A stretch of DNA of 33,100 nt, from positions 1 to 33,100 of the IMG/VR virus record IMGVR_UViG_3300049436_000065; one strand, written 5' to 3'. Shown here piece after piece: positions 9,154 through 17,103 of the stretch. A program made the position numbers and the translations under genes. This DNA is from a virus (lineage: Duplodnaviria; Caudoviricetes). How positions within the stretch are numbered: position 1 is the stretch's first letter; every line of letters starts with the position of its first letter. The notes under the pieces are model-generated. The model was not told where the DNA came from. It ran no database searches and saw only the letters and a list, made by a program, of their open reading frames with translations.

Positions 9154-9464
9154 CCGGCATCGTCACCCGTCATGGCGTCGAACCAGCCGAACAGGATGAC
9201 GCTCGCGAACTGCGCGGGCAGCGCCATGTAGCCGGCGTGGGTGGCGGGGTGCGGCACGCCGTCGTCTTCCAGCGTCCACGACACGAGACGGCTGGTGAAC
9301 TCCTCGATCAGCTCGCGGGCGTCCGAGCCCTTGCCGTTGTCGGCGCGGAGGATAGCGGCCTGCTCCTCCAGCTGGAGCATCCGCTCCATGCTGATCGAGC
9401 GGGCCTTGACTTCGAGGTCGGGGTACGCCTCGAAGGTGATGTTGAGCAGGGAAGGGATCTGCAT
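9084..9464 (-). CDS. tail assembly chaperone (gpG-like)
   Basis: Between the tail tube gene and TMP; LVSWTLEDDGVP motif; ends ...GPLD at the slippery site. Confidence 0.85.
   Translation of the reverse strand: MQIPSLLNITFEAYPDLEVKARSISMERMLQLEEQAAILRADNGKGSDARELIEEFTSRLVSWTLEDDGVPHPATHAGYMALPAQFASVILFGWFDAMTGDDAGPLDRRSNAGKQSEVPSFLTEAL
9147..9153 (-). other. -1 programmed frameshift slippery heptamer C CCT TTG
   Basis: X XXY YYZ pattern in the correct phase within the chaperone ORF. Confidence 0.75.
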
Positions 9465-9468
9465 CAGA

Positions 9469-9876
9469 TCACGCCCACGTCGGGACGAGACCACCGGTGA
9501 GCACGCCGGGCGCGGTCCAGGTGAGGGAGCCGTCGGCCGCGCGGGTGAGGTTGTAATCGGTGTACAGCGTCTCGCACGCCAGCGTCTGGCCGGAGATGGT
9601 CAGCGTGGTCGTGCGCGCCACCGACGTCGAGCTGACGTCCTTGAACGTGTCGTGGCTGAGGTTGCTGGCGTCGTTGAAGACGCCGTTGGGGCCGACGGTG
9701 AAGTCGGCTCGCAGCAGCAGCCGCTCGTAGCCGGACACGTCCAGCCCGCTCACGTCCTGCACGCCGCGCGGCGTGGCGAACTGGAAGCTGGTGATGTCGT
9801 TCTTGATCGCGTTAGGCGATCCGGCGGAATTGTCCACACTGAATGTGGTCCACCCGAGCCCAGATTCTTTGGCCAT
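9469..9876 (-). CDS. major tail (tube) protein
   Basis: MAKESGLG...QDVSGLD...ERLLLRADF...LTRAADGSLTW; strong GAGGAG RBS; directly before the chaperone. Confidence 0.8.
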   Translation of the reverse strand: MAKESGLGWTTFSVDNSAGSPNAIKNDITSFQFATPRGVQDVSGLDVSGYERLLLRADFTVGPNGVFNDASNLSHDTFKDVSSTSVARTTTLTISGQTLACETLYTDYNLTRAADGSLTWTAPGVLTGGLVPTWA

Positions 9877-9878
9877 CT

Positions 9879-10145
9879 CTACTCCTCTTTCCTGGTCAGT
9901 TCGGGACCGGACTCGCCGACCAGGTACGGCTGCACTACCGCCGGTCGCACGACGCCGCCGTGCAGGAGGTCACTCCAGACGGGGATGCGGAAAACTAGCA
10001 CCGGCAGCGCGTCAAGGGACCGCTCCACCGTGTAGCCGGTCGCCGCGTTGAATAGCTTGTCCGCGTCAACGCCCTGCGCCGTCAGGTACTCCTTGACCAG
10101 CGCGTCCATGTCGCTCTGCCACCGCGGCGGCACCACCTTGGCCAT
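9879..10145 (-). CDS. hypothetical protein with a TMP-like HGG...VGESGPEL motif
   Basis: Tightly packed ORF in the tail operon, GGAGGG upstream. Confidence 0.65.
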   Translation of the reverse strand: MAKVVPPRWQSDMDALVKEYLTAQGVDADKLFNAATGYTVERSLDALPVLVFRIPVWSDLLHGGVVRPAVVQPYLVGESGPELTRKEE

Positions 10146-10148
10146 GCC

Positions 10149-10577
10149 CTACCCCCTCCGCCGACGCTCGGCAAGATTCAGCTGATGCTCGGCGAAGTCG
10201 TCGACGAAGTCCCGGGCCCCCCGGAACTGCACCTTGCGCGTGTTCCGCGGGTTACCGCGCTGGTCACCACCGCGCAGGAAGTACAACGGCTCCCGCTCCA
10301 GCGCGGTCGTGTGCGTGTCGAAGCAATCCTGGCCGGCCGGAAACGTGTACGTCACCAGGTAGCCGGCCACCTCACGGGTGAAGCGCAGCCCGGACGCCTC
10401 CACCCAGCGGGCGTTGCGGTTGCCGGCCACCGTGCCCGCGTCGAACTGTGCCCGGAACCCGCGCGCCCGCTTCACGCAGTCGACCTCCGCGCACGTCGCC
10501 TTCCGCCGGTGCGTGCGCACCGGGGCGAGGATCTGGTACGTCTTGTAGAACTGCGGACCCAGCGGGTTCGGGATCAC
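10149..10577 (-). CDS. hypothetical protein (Cys/His, possibly Zn-binding)
   Basis: GTGA-coupled; CAEVDC...CFDTH. Confidence 0.75.
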   Translation of the reverse strand: MIPNPLGPQFYKTYQILAPVRTHRRKATCAEVDCVKRARGFRAQFDAGTVAGNRNARWVEASGLRFTREVAGYLVTYTFPAGQDCFDTHTTALEREPLYFLRGGDQRGNPRNTRKVQFRGARDFVDDFAEHQLNLAERRRRG

Positions 10578-11305
10578 GACGGCACCGCCGCGAGGTTCCG
10601 GGCCGCGTTCACCACGAACGTCGCCGACGTGAACGTGCCGCTGCTGACCGCCCGCAGGTACCGCCGGACGGTGCCGGTGACCGCGAGTCGCTGGTCACCG
10701 ATGGCCGTCTTCGAGGTGAACGCGGCACCGGACAGGTTCGCCCACGACGAGTTGTCCGCGCTGTCCTGGATGGTCACCACGACGTTGGTTCCGGTCAGAC
10801 CGGTCACGTGCAGGTAGAACTGCGCACCCAGCGCCGAGCTTGCCGCGCCGTCGACGCCGGTGCCGTTCGTGCCGGTCGTGTCGGTGCGCTCCCCCGCGGT
10901 GAGCTGCCGGCCCCAGTCCAGCCAGAAGCCGTCCGACGCCTGCGTCGCGGTGTTGAACGTGAGACTGCCGTCGTTGCCGCGGGTGCCCGCGTAGTCGATC
11001 TGCTTCGCGACGTGCGATGCCGCTGGGTTGCCCAGCGTCGCCCCGCGCAGGTAGCTGACCATGGCGGATGTGCGAGGCAGCGCGGACAGGACCGGGTGCG
11101 CGCGGCTGCTCGCCTTGTTGAAGAACGCGGTGAAGACGATGTTGCCGTCACGCCTGCCCCACAGTCGGTCTTCCCCGGACTGGGTGATGTCGGCGTCCGG
11201 GAGCGGGGCGACGCTGCCGGAGATGCTCTCCAGGGAGCCGATGTCGCCGGACAGGTTGTACCCGCCGACGATCAGCCGGTCGCCCAGGCCTGTTTGCTTC
11301 GCCAC
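10574..11305 (-). CDS. second tail-tube-like protein with C-terminal beta-sandwich
   Basis: MAKQTGLG N-terminus parallels MAKESGLG; YAGTRGNDGSLTF parallels YNLTRAADGSLTW; extra domain ending RRYLRAV. Confidence 0.7.
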   Translation of the reverse strand: MAKQTGLGDRLIVGGYNLSGDIGSLESISGSVAPLPDADITQSGEDRLWGRRDGNIVFTAFFNKASSRAHPVLSALPRTSAMVSYLRGATLGNPAASHVAKQIDYAGTRGNDGSLTFNTATQASDGFWLDWGRQLTAGERTDTTGTNGTGVDGAASSALGAQFYLHVTGLTGTNVVVTIQDSADNSSWANLSGAAFTSKTAIGDQRLAVTGTVRRYLRAVSSGTFTSATFVVNAARNLAAVPS

Positions 11306-11308
11306 GTT

Positions 11309-11773
11309 CTACGCCTCCTGGGGCCACGCGTCGGCGGCGATGATCGGAATGACAATGTCCATGATGCGGTAGCGGGCGTTCCCTACCGTCCAGTAGCCCG
11401 CGGTCGCGCCGAGCGGCCGGCCGTGCGCGCCGAGCAAGTCCACCTGCATGACCGTGCCGCCCAGCGTGAACCCGCCGGTGAACGCGCCCACCACGGCGGA
11501 CGTCGCCTCCGCCAGCGCGACATCGGTCAGCGCTTCCGGCTTCGCCATGTCCGGCTTGTAGATGCGCGCGGTCAACTCCACCCGGGCCGACGTCGCGTCG
11601 AGCCCGGACACCCGCGCGACCGGGGCGATGGCGGACAGGAACACTGCGATGTTCAAGCCGGCAGGTGGCGGGGACTTCGGCTCATACCGGGTGACCACAC
11701 CGAACTTGCCCGTCGCCTTCGCGATGGACGTCGTCCGCTCGATCATCTCCTTCACGTCGATGGCCACCGTCAC
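11309..11773 (-). CDS. tail terminator / head-tail completion protein
   Basis: EPKSPP...FTLGGTV...YRIMDIVIP; synteny; GTGA overlap. Confidence 0.7.
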   Translation of the reverse strand: MTVAIDVKEMIERTTSIAKATGKFGVVTRYEPKSPPPAGLNIAVFLSAIAPVARVSGLDATSARVELTARIYKPDMAKPEALTDVALAEATSAVVGAFTGGFTLGGTVMQVDLLGAHGRPLGATAGYWTVGNARYRIMDIVIPIIAADAWPQEA

Positions 11774-12153
11774 ATCCTCGCCACGTACGGGCCGACGACG
11801 TGCTGCGCAATACGCGACGCGTTCGCCTCGAGCCGCTGGGCGGTGATCCGGAAGTGGCTGTAGCCCTTGAACCGGGTGGTCCGGTTGCGCGAGCCGGTGC
11901 CGTTCAGCCACGGCCCGTAGACGATGCCGCCGTCGTCGATGTCCCGGTCCAGCAGCGTCGCCCCCGGGCTCACGCCCACGTGCTGCTGATAGAACGGCGG
12001 GTCCGACGGATGACGGATGACCGTTTCCAGGTATTCGTCCATGATGATCGCGCCCTCGTTCGCGACTGTGCGTGCGATGTCCTCGCACATGGCGTCCAGC
12101 ACAGCATGATCACGGCCGTCGAAAAACGGCCCGGACACGGTGACGTCAGCCAT
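11770..12153 (-). CDS. HK97 gp10-like neck/tail-completion protein
   Basis: IVYGPWLNGTGSRNRTTRFKGYSHFR; synteny. Confidence 0.65.
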   Translation of the reverse strand: MADVTVSGPFFDGRDHAVLDAMCEDIARTVANEGAIIMDEYLETVIRHPSDPPFYQQHVGVSPGATLLDRDIDDGGIVYGPWLNGTGSRNRTTRFKGYSHFRITAQRLEANASRIAQHVVGPYVARM

Positions 12154-12262
12154 GCGCGACCACCGCCAGCGTGACGTAGCCGACGACCGCGAGCGCGATG
12201 ACCAGCAGCGGGATACCGAGCGCTGCGAGGAAGATCCAGGCGATGACGCGGACGGGGTCCAT
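12146..12262 (-). CDS. small single-pass membrane protein (38 aa)
   Basis: MDPVRVIAWIFLAALGIPLLVIALAVVGY; TAATG stop/start overlap. Confidence 0.55.
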   Translation of the reverse strand: MDPVRVIAWIFLAALGIPLLVIALAVVGYVTLAVVAHG

Positions 12263-13278
12263 TAGGCCACCCCGATCCGGACGCGGCCGTGCGCGGCAAC
12301 ACAGTCGTCGATGATCTGCTGAAGCGACTTCGCCTGCATGCCGGAGTTGCTGGCTGCGTACGCCGACCACTCCACGCCCAGTGTCGCCAGCGCCTGCGCG
12401 AGTGTCGCGGTCTGCACGAGCGGGGGCGGGTCGTTGACCGTGACCGCGGTGCTCGCGGTGTGCGTGGCCGCCGTCGTGCCGGTCGCGCCGCGCTCAACCA
12501 CGAGAACACGTGATGCGTACACCGCCGTCGAACTGGTGTGCACGGCCAGGACGCTGCCGGTGACGGCGCGTTGCACGGTGACCGCGTTGCCTACCACCTG
12601 CTCCACGAACATCCGCTCGCCGTTGATGAGGATGGTCTCGCCCTGGTTGATCAGGGTGCCATCCGACACGGTCAAGACGTTGTCGCTGTCCAGGTCGTCG
12701 AGCGCAACCGTGATGGTCGCGCCGGTGGCGGTGTTCATCCGGTCGGTCACCATCAGCCGCTCGGCCCCGATGGTGATCAGGTCGCCCACGCCGACGAACG
12801 CACCGTTGGTGACGATGACCGTGCTGCTGCTCGAACCCGTCGACGATGCGAGCGCGCCGCCGGCCCGGGTGGCGTTGCTCGCGCCGATCTCCCCGGTCAG
12901 CACGATGGAGCGTTCATCGGTGGACCACGCGGCATCGGATGTGCGGAACAGGCGAGCCGAGGTGAACGGCGGGCCGTCCTCCGGATCGAGGTAGAAGTCG
13001 GTACCCTCGGTGAGCGCGGTCCCGTCGACGGTCAGCGACGCGACCGAGCACACCTCGTAGGTGCTGCTGTCCAGCCAGAGCACCCCTCCGGACACCTGCC
13101 GCCACGGGTCGGGGTAGCGGGTCGCGGTGACGGGATAGAAATACCGGTGCGTCCAGCCCTCGATGCCGGTAGTGGCGGAGGCTATGGCGGCGTCGATGAC
13201 GGCGTTCACCCTGAAGGTGTCTGCCTGATCCAGGGTTCGCTGAACCCTTTCCCTGGTCACGTACCGGGGAAGCGTCAT
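12262..13278 (-). CDS. head-to-tail adaptor (gp6/gp15-like) with inserted beta domains
   Basis: YVTRERV...IDAAIASAT..IEGWTHRYF N-terminus and PPPLVQTATL C-terminus flank an insertion of about 140 aa. Confidence 0.8.
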   Translation of the reverse strand: MTLPRYVTRERVQRTLDQADTFRVNAVIDAAIASATTGIEGWTHRYFYPVTATRYPDPWRQVSGGVLWLDSSTYEVCSVASLTVDGTALTEGTDFYLDPEDGPPFTSARLFRTSDAAWSTDERSIVLTGEIGASNATRAGGALASSTGSSSSTVIVTNGAFVGVGDLITIGAERLMVTDRMNTATGATITVALDDLDSDNVLTVSDGTLINQGETILINGERMFVEQVVGNAVTVQRAVTGSVLAVHTSSTAVYASRVLVVERGATGTTAATHTASTAVTVNDPPPLVQTATLAQALATLGVEWSAYAASNSGMQAKSLQQIIDDCVAAHGRVRIGVA

Positions 13279-13344
13279 AGCCTCGGCTGCTCTCTGCGAG
13301 GGGTGGTGATCTGCACTTGTGCGCCGATCATAGACCCTGCCTGC

Positions 13345-14184
13345 TCACCAGTAGATCGGCTTGCCGTACCGATCCCACAACTCCCCGCCGAACTTGCAGT
13401 GCAGCACACCTTCCCGCTTGCCCTCTTCCAGCGGGTAGAGGTGCACCGGGCACTCGGTGATCACCTCGGTGGCCTGCCTGCGCGCCTCTTCGGCGTTGCT
13501 GCGGTAGATGTTGCCCAGCGAATCCCAGCCACCCCGAACCGGCGGCGGAGGCGGGGCCGGCGCGACACCCACGCCCGCGAGTACGAACGTCAGTCCGAAC
13601 GCGGCGATGCCGCTCGGGATGATCGCGGCCGGCGCGTCGCCTACACCCGCGAGGGTGAAGTAGGCGTCGAACGATGTCGCGCCCTCGTTCGGCGCAAGCT
13701 CCACCACCAGGTCAACGAAGTAGGCCGTTGCGCCGGACGTACCCGCCGGGTAGCTGCCCGCGCTGCCGCCGAAGCGGCCATTGCCGATGCCCTCCGGATC
13801 GTCGGCCGACTTCGGCGCGGTGAGCGGGCCGGACACGGTGGCCGCGCTGGTGAAGAAGCCGTTGGTGAAGACGTACCCGTCCGGGGTGCCGGACCACACG
13901 ACGACGTTGCGCGCACCGGCGATGACCAGCGGCGAGGCTAGGTCCTGCTCGACCCATCCGGACGTCGGCGAGGTGAAGGTGTGCGACACCAGGATGTCGT
14001 GCGTCGATAGGTCGGACACCCGCCACACCACCGGGCCGGACGGCAGGGGGTTGGAGAAGTACTGCCGGGCTTTGGTGATGGTGGCGGCTTCGGTGATCTG
14101 CACGACGGTGCCGAGCGCGTAGTCGTCGCTGTCGTTACCGTTGATCGTGGCGGGTGTGGTGTTGCCGTAGACGTTGAATGACAT
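13345..14184 (-). CDS. DUF4082-like beta-sandwich protein with C-terminal Cys motif
   Basis: YALGT...SGWVEQDLASPL...YP..TS..AYFVDL resembles DUF4082; Pro linker; CPVH...HCKFGG. Confidence 0.65.
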   Translation of the reverse strand: MSFNVYGNTTPATINGNDSDDYALGTVVQITEAATITKARQYFSNPLPSGPVVWRVSDLSTHDILVSHTFTSPTSGWVEQDLASPLVIAGARNVVVWSGTPDGYVFTNGFFTSAATVSGPLTAPKSADDPEGIGNGRFGGSAGSYPAGTSGATAYFVDLVVELAPNEGATSFDAYFTLAGVGDAPAAIIPSGIAAFGLTFVLAGVGVAPAPPPPPVRGGWDSLGNIYRSNAEEARRQATEVITECPVHLYPLEEGKREGVLHCKFGGELWDRYGKPIYW

Positions 14185-14187
14185 CGG

Positions 14188-15693
14188 CTACACCGGGCTA
14201 CTGATGACGGTGCCGTCGAAGAAGGCGTTGTCTGTCCATGCGGTGATCGAGGTCTGTTCGAAGTCGACCGGCCCGAACTCGGCGTCGTCCACCCAGCGAT
14301 TGCCGATCACGGTGACGGTGTTGATGTCGGGTGCGCCCGAGTCACCGCGCATCTGCATCGTGTAGCCGCCGCCGGACAGGCCGCAGTAGTAGATGCCGAT
14401 GTCGACGCTGTCCGCACCGCCCTCGGTGCCGACACGCATCGCCGCGTTCCCGCCGACGCCGGACACGCCCAGCCAGCAGCGGTAGAACACGGAGTGTCCG
14501 GTGTCCGTGCACTGTGCGCCGTCGGAGTGCAGATCAACCGTGGGGCCGAGCCCGACGAAGTTGGAGTTGATCGCGACGTTGTAGTACCAGCCCGACCAGC
14601 CGTCCTCAGCATTGCGCATGTCGCAGTCGACAACCCACGCGCTACCGCCGAGCAGGCACTTGTCGGTGAGTCCGCCGCCGGCGCCGCCGTCGAACGAGCA
14701 GGAGGTGAACACGACCAGCGGCACCATGATGTCGTTGGTGCGACCGGTCTGGTCGATCTCCACGCACCAATTGCCCTGGCCGGTGAAGCTGCACTCGTCG
14801 AACCGGTAGTGATTGCCGGAGCCGGGCTGCGGGGTGATCGTCTGCGTGAAGTTGATGTGCCGCCACACGCTGACGGTGATGGTGTTCGTGGCGCCGGTGA
14901 TCGGGTGCACGAGGTCGTATGTCTCGGACGTGGTCGGCGAACCCAGGGACGTGCGCGTCGTCAAGCTCGTGCCGGTGGGCACGCCGACCTCGGTGCCGAG
15001 CGCGTACGCGGCCGGCGGCACCGGCGGGGTTCCGGACGCCGTGATGGACAACTCGGTGATCGTGAAGATGCCGTCCGCGTTGAAGGCGGTGTCCCCGGTC
15101 AGCGCGGCCCCGCCGTAGAAGGTGCCCGCGGTCGCGGCGCTGAACAGCAGCACGTGGGTGGCGTCGGCGTCCGGGGTGCCGGTGAATTCCAGCGGGGTTC
15201 CGTCAGCGGTGGTGACCGCGCCGGTGGCGGTGTTCCACACGACGAGTACCCGGGCGGTGCTGACCTGGTCGGCGGAGGTCGCGCCGTCCCCGATCGCGGC
15301 GTACGCCACCCAGTCGTTGCCGTCGTTCAGCAGCGCGGTCAGCCCTGCGGTGGCCAGCTGGTCGGAGATGCCCGCAATGGTGAGCGCGGTCAGGTTGTAC
15401 GTCCCGGCCGGCCCGATCGTCTGATCACCGGACAGCACGTCATAGCCGTAGAACGTGCCGGACGTCGCCGCGCTGAACAGCAGCGCGTGGGTGGCAGCGG
15501 CGTCGGAGGTGCCGGTGTACGCGTACGGGACGCTGCTAGCGGTGATGACGGCGGCGGCCACCGTGCTGGTGACGAGCACCCGGGCTGCGGAGATCTGGTT
15601 GGTGGACAGCGGGCCGTCGCCGAGGGCGACGTAGACGACTGCCTCGTTGCCGTCCTCGAGGATGGCCGTCACGCCTGCGGTGTTCAGTGCCAC
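14188..15693 (-). CDS. putative fibre/spike: duplicated N-terminal domain plus right-handed beta-helix
   Basis: Two repeats of about 108 aa (THALLFSAATSGTFYG / THVLLFSAATAGTFYG); C-terminal HSDGAQ, GGGYT, VIGNRW pectate-lyase-like motifs. Confidence 0.7.
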   Translation of the reverse strand: MALNTAGVTAILEDGNEAVVYVALGDGPLSTNQISAARVLVTSTVAAAVITASSVPYAYTGTSDAAATHALLFSAATSGTFYGYDVLSGDQTIGPAGTYNLTALTIAGISDQLATAGLTALLNDGNDWVAYAAIGDGATSADQVSTARVLVVWNTATGAVTTADGTPLEFTGTPDADATHVLLFSAATAGTFYGGAALTGDTAFNADGIFTITELSITASGTPPVPPAAYALGTEVGVPTGTSLTTRTSLGSPTTSETYDLVHPITGATNTITVSVWRHINFTQTITPQPGSGNHYRFDECSFTGQGNWCVEIDQTGRTNDIMVPLVVFTSCSFDGGAGGGLTDKCLLGGSAWVVDCDMRNAEDGWSGWYYNVAINSNFVGLGPTVDLHSDGAQCTDTGHSVFYRCWLGVSGVGGNAAMRVGTEGGADSVDIGIYYCGLSGGGYTMQMRGDSGAPDINTVTVIGNRWVDDAEFGPVDFEQTSITAWTDNAFFDGTVISSPV

Positions 15694-15712
15694 GTGCGGC
15701 CATCCTCTCCGG

Positions 15713-15946
15713 TCATCGGCTGTTGCTGCCGTTCGCCTTGGCCCGGGCGGCTTTGCGCGGGGCCGGCGCGGGCGCGTCGGTGTTGACGTCGTCGGCGCCG
15801 GGCTGTTCCGGGCCCGTCGGGATGTCCGCGCCCGGCTCGTAACCCTCGCGGATGTAGTGCTTGATCAGGCGGAGGTCCTCGTCCGACGCCTCGCCCTTGC
15901 GCTTGCGGGCGACGCGCTCGTTCAGGTCCTTCTGGGTCAGCTGCAT
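15713..15946 (-). CDS. small hypothetical head-associated protein
   Basis: GAGGGAG RBS; low-complexity basic tail. Confidence 0.6.
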   Translation of the reverse strand: MQLTQKDLNERVARKRKGEASDEDLRLIKHYIREGYEPGADIPTGPEQPGADDVNTDAPAPAPRKAARAKANGSNSR

Positions 15947-16006
15947 GACTCTCCCTCGGTTGGCCTGCCCCCATGGTTGCCCATGCGGGCAGGCCCCGAA
16001 TCCTTG

Positions 16007-16471
16007 CTACGCGGCGACCAGCGTGGCGCCCGCGGTGAGCGGCACCCACGTGCAGTACACCGTTACCGCGCCGTCGATGGTGCCCGAACCGGTCGGAACG
16101 AGCGTCACCTTGCCGGTGGTGACGACGGCGCCCAGGTAGACCGTTCCGCCCTTGAGAAAGGCGGACGCGGCCGAGGTGCCGTTGGTCAGTCCGACGACCG
16201 TGCCCGCGGTGGTGTCCGTGGTACCGAGGTCGGTCGCGGTGACGATGACGGGGTCATCGCCCGTGGTGGTCACGTTGGAGATGGCCAGCGTGTTCGCGCC
16301 CGCCATCGTGGTCGTGCACTTCAGCCACAGACCGGTGATGAGCACCTCGCCGCCGGCGACCGTGAAGCAGTCGACGTTGGTCGCGTGCAGCAGCGTGCCC
16401 GACGCCTTGGAGACCGGGCCGGCCCCGAGAACGCTCTTCGTGTAGGCCGCAGCCTCGTTGACGACGGTCAT
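16007..16471 (-). CDS. putative capsid decoration/structural protein
   Basis: Thr/Gly-rich beta protein, ATGA-coupled, downstream of the MCP. Confidence 0.7.
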   Translation of the reverse strand: MTVVNEAAAYTKSVLGAGPVSKASGTLLHATNVDCFTVAGGEVLITGLWLKCTTTMAGANTLAISNVTTTGDDPVIVTATDLGTTDTTAGTVVGLTNGTSAASAFLKGGTVYLGAVVTTGKVTLVPTGSGTIDGAVTVYCTWVPLTAGATLVAA

Positions 16472-17028
16472 GCGTTCGCCGCCCCGGGCCGCAGGAGGTT
16501 CGACAGGTTGGTGGGCTTGCGCGGGTAGCGCAAGCCGTGCAGGAGGTAGAGGCAGCTGGACAGCTGCGCGGTGCTGGTGGTGATCGACGCGACGAGCGAC
16601 GCGTGGGTGTACGTGTCGGCGAGCTGGGCCGCGTGGATCTCGATCACGATCAGCTTCTGCATCGCACCGTAGGTGGCGCCGACGACGACGGCCTCCGACG
16701 CGACGGACTGGGTCACCTTCACCCATGGCTCGTCGTTGTCGAGGGCGGTCTCCGCCTTGATGTGGAAGTGGTCGACGCCGGTCGCGGTGGCCGCGCCGGA
16801 CGCGTCCAGGTCGGCGGAGGTGCCCGACGTGTACGCGGTGTGCATCTGAAGATCCAGGGTCAGATCCTCCGCGCCGCCGGTGCCGGTCATGACGATGAAC
16901 GTCAGGTAGTTGGCGAGTGACAGCGACACCCGCTTGCCGGTCGCGCCGTTGGACGTGTCGAGGTCGACGGGCGCCCAGCCGGTGCCGAGGTCGAAGAGGC
17001 GGCCGAGCGCCTCACCAGTGCCGGACAA
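16468..17028 (-). CDS. putative capsid cement/decoration protein
   Basis: Directly after the MCP; GGGGAGAG RBS before TTG; PVDL...GKRVSL...LRYP pattern. Confidence 0.7.
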   Translation of the reverse strand: MSGTGEALGRLFDLGTGWAPVDLDTSNGATGKRVSLSLANYLTFIVMTGTGGAEDLTLDLQMHTAYTSGTSADLDASGAATATGVDHFHIKAETALDNDEPWVKVTQSVASEAVVVGATYGAMQKLIVIEIHAAQLADTYTHASLVASITTSTAQLSSCLYLLHGLRYPRKPTNLSNLLRPGAANA

Positions 17029-17063
17029 TTGAATCTCTCCCCTTCCTTGGGAGTTCCGCCAGC

Positions 17064-17086
17064 CCGCCGCCCATGGTGGACGGCGG
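17064..17086 (-). terminator. hairpin after the major capsid gene (stabiliser or weak terminator)
   Basis: Minus-strand RNA CCGCCGUCCA-CCA-UGGGCGGCGG, 10-bp stem with one G-U pair; no U tract. Confidence 0.4.
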
Positions 17087-17103
17087 TCCGGCGTAGATCA
17101 GTT

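Noticed and set aside
9830-9838. Single TTGTCCACA DnaA-box-like 9-mer
   Set aside because: Isolated, inside the major tail gene (VDN codons); compatible with chance
11774-12088. Long 5' extension of the tail terminator ORF
   Set aside because: Overlaps the neck gene; the GTGA-coupled start at 11773 is more plausible
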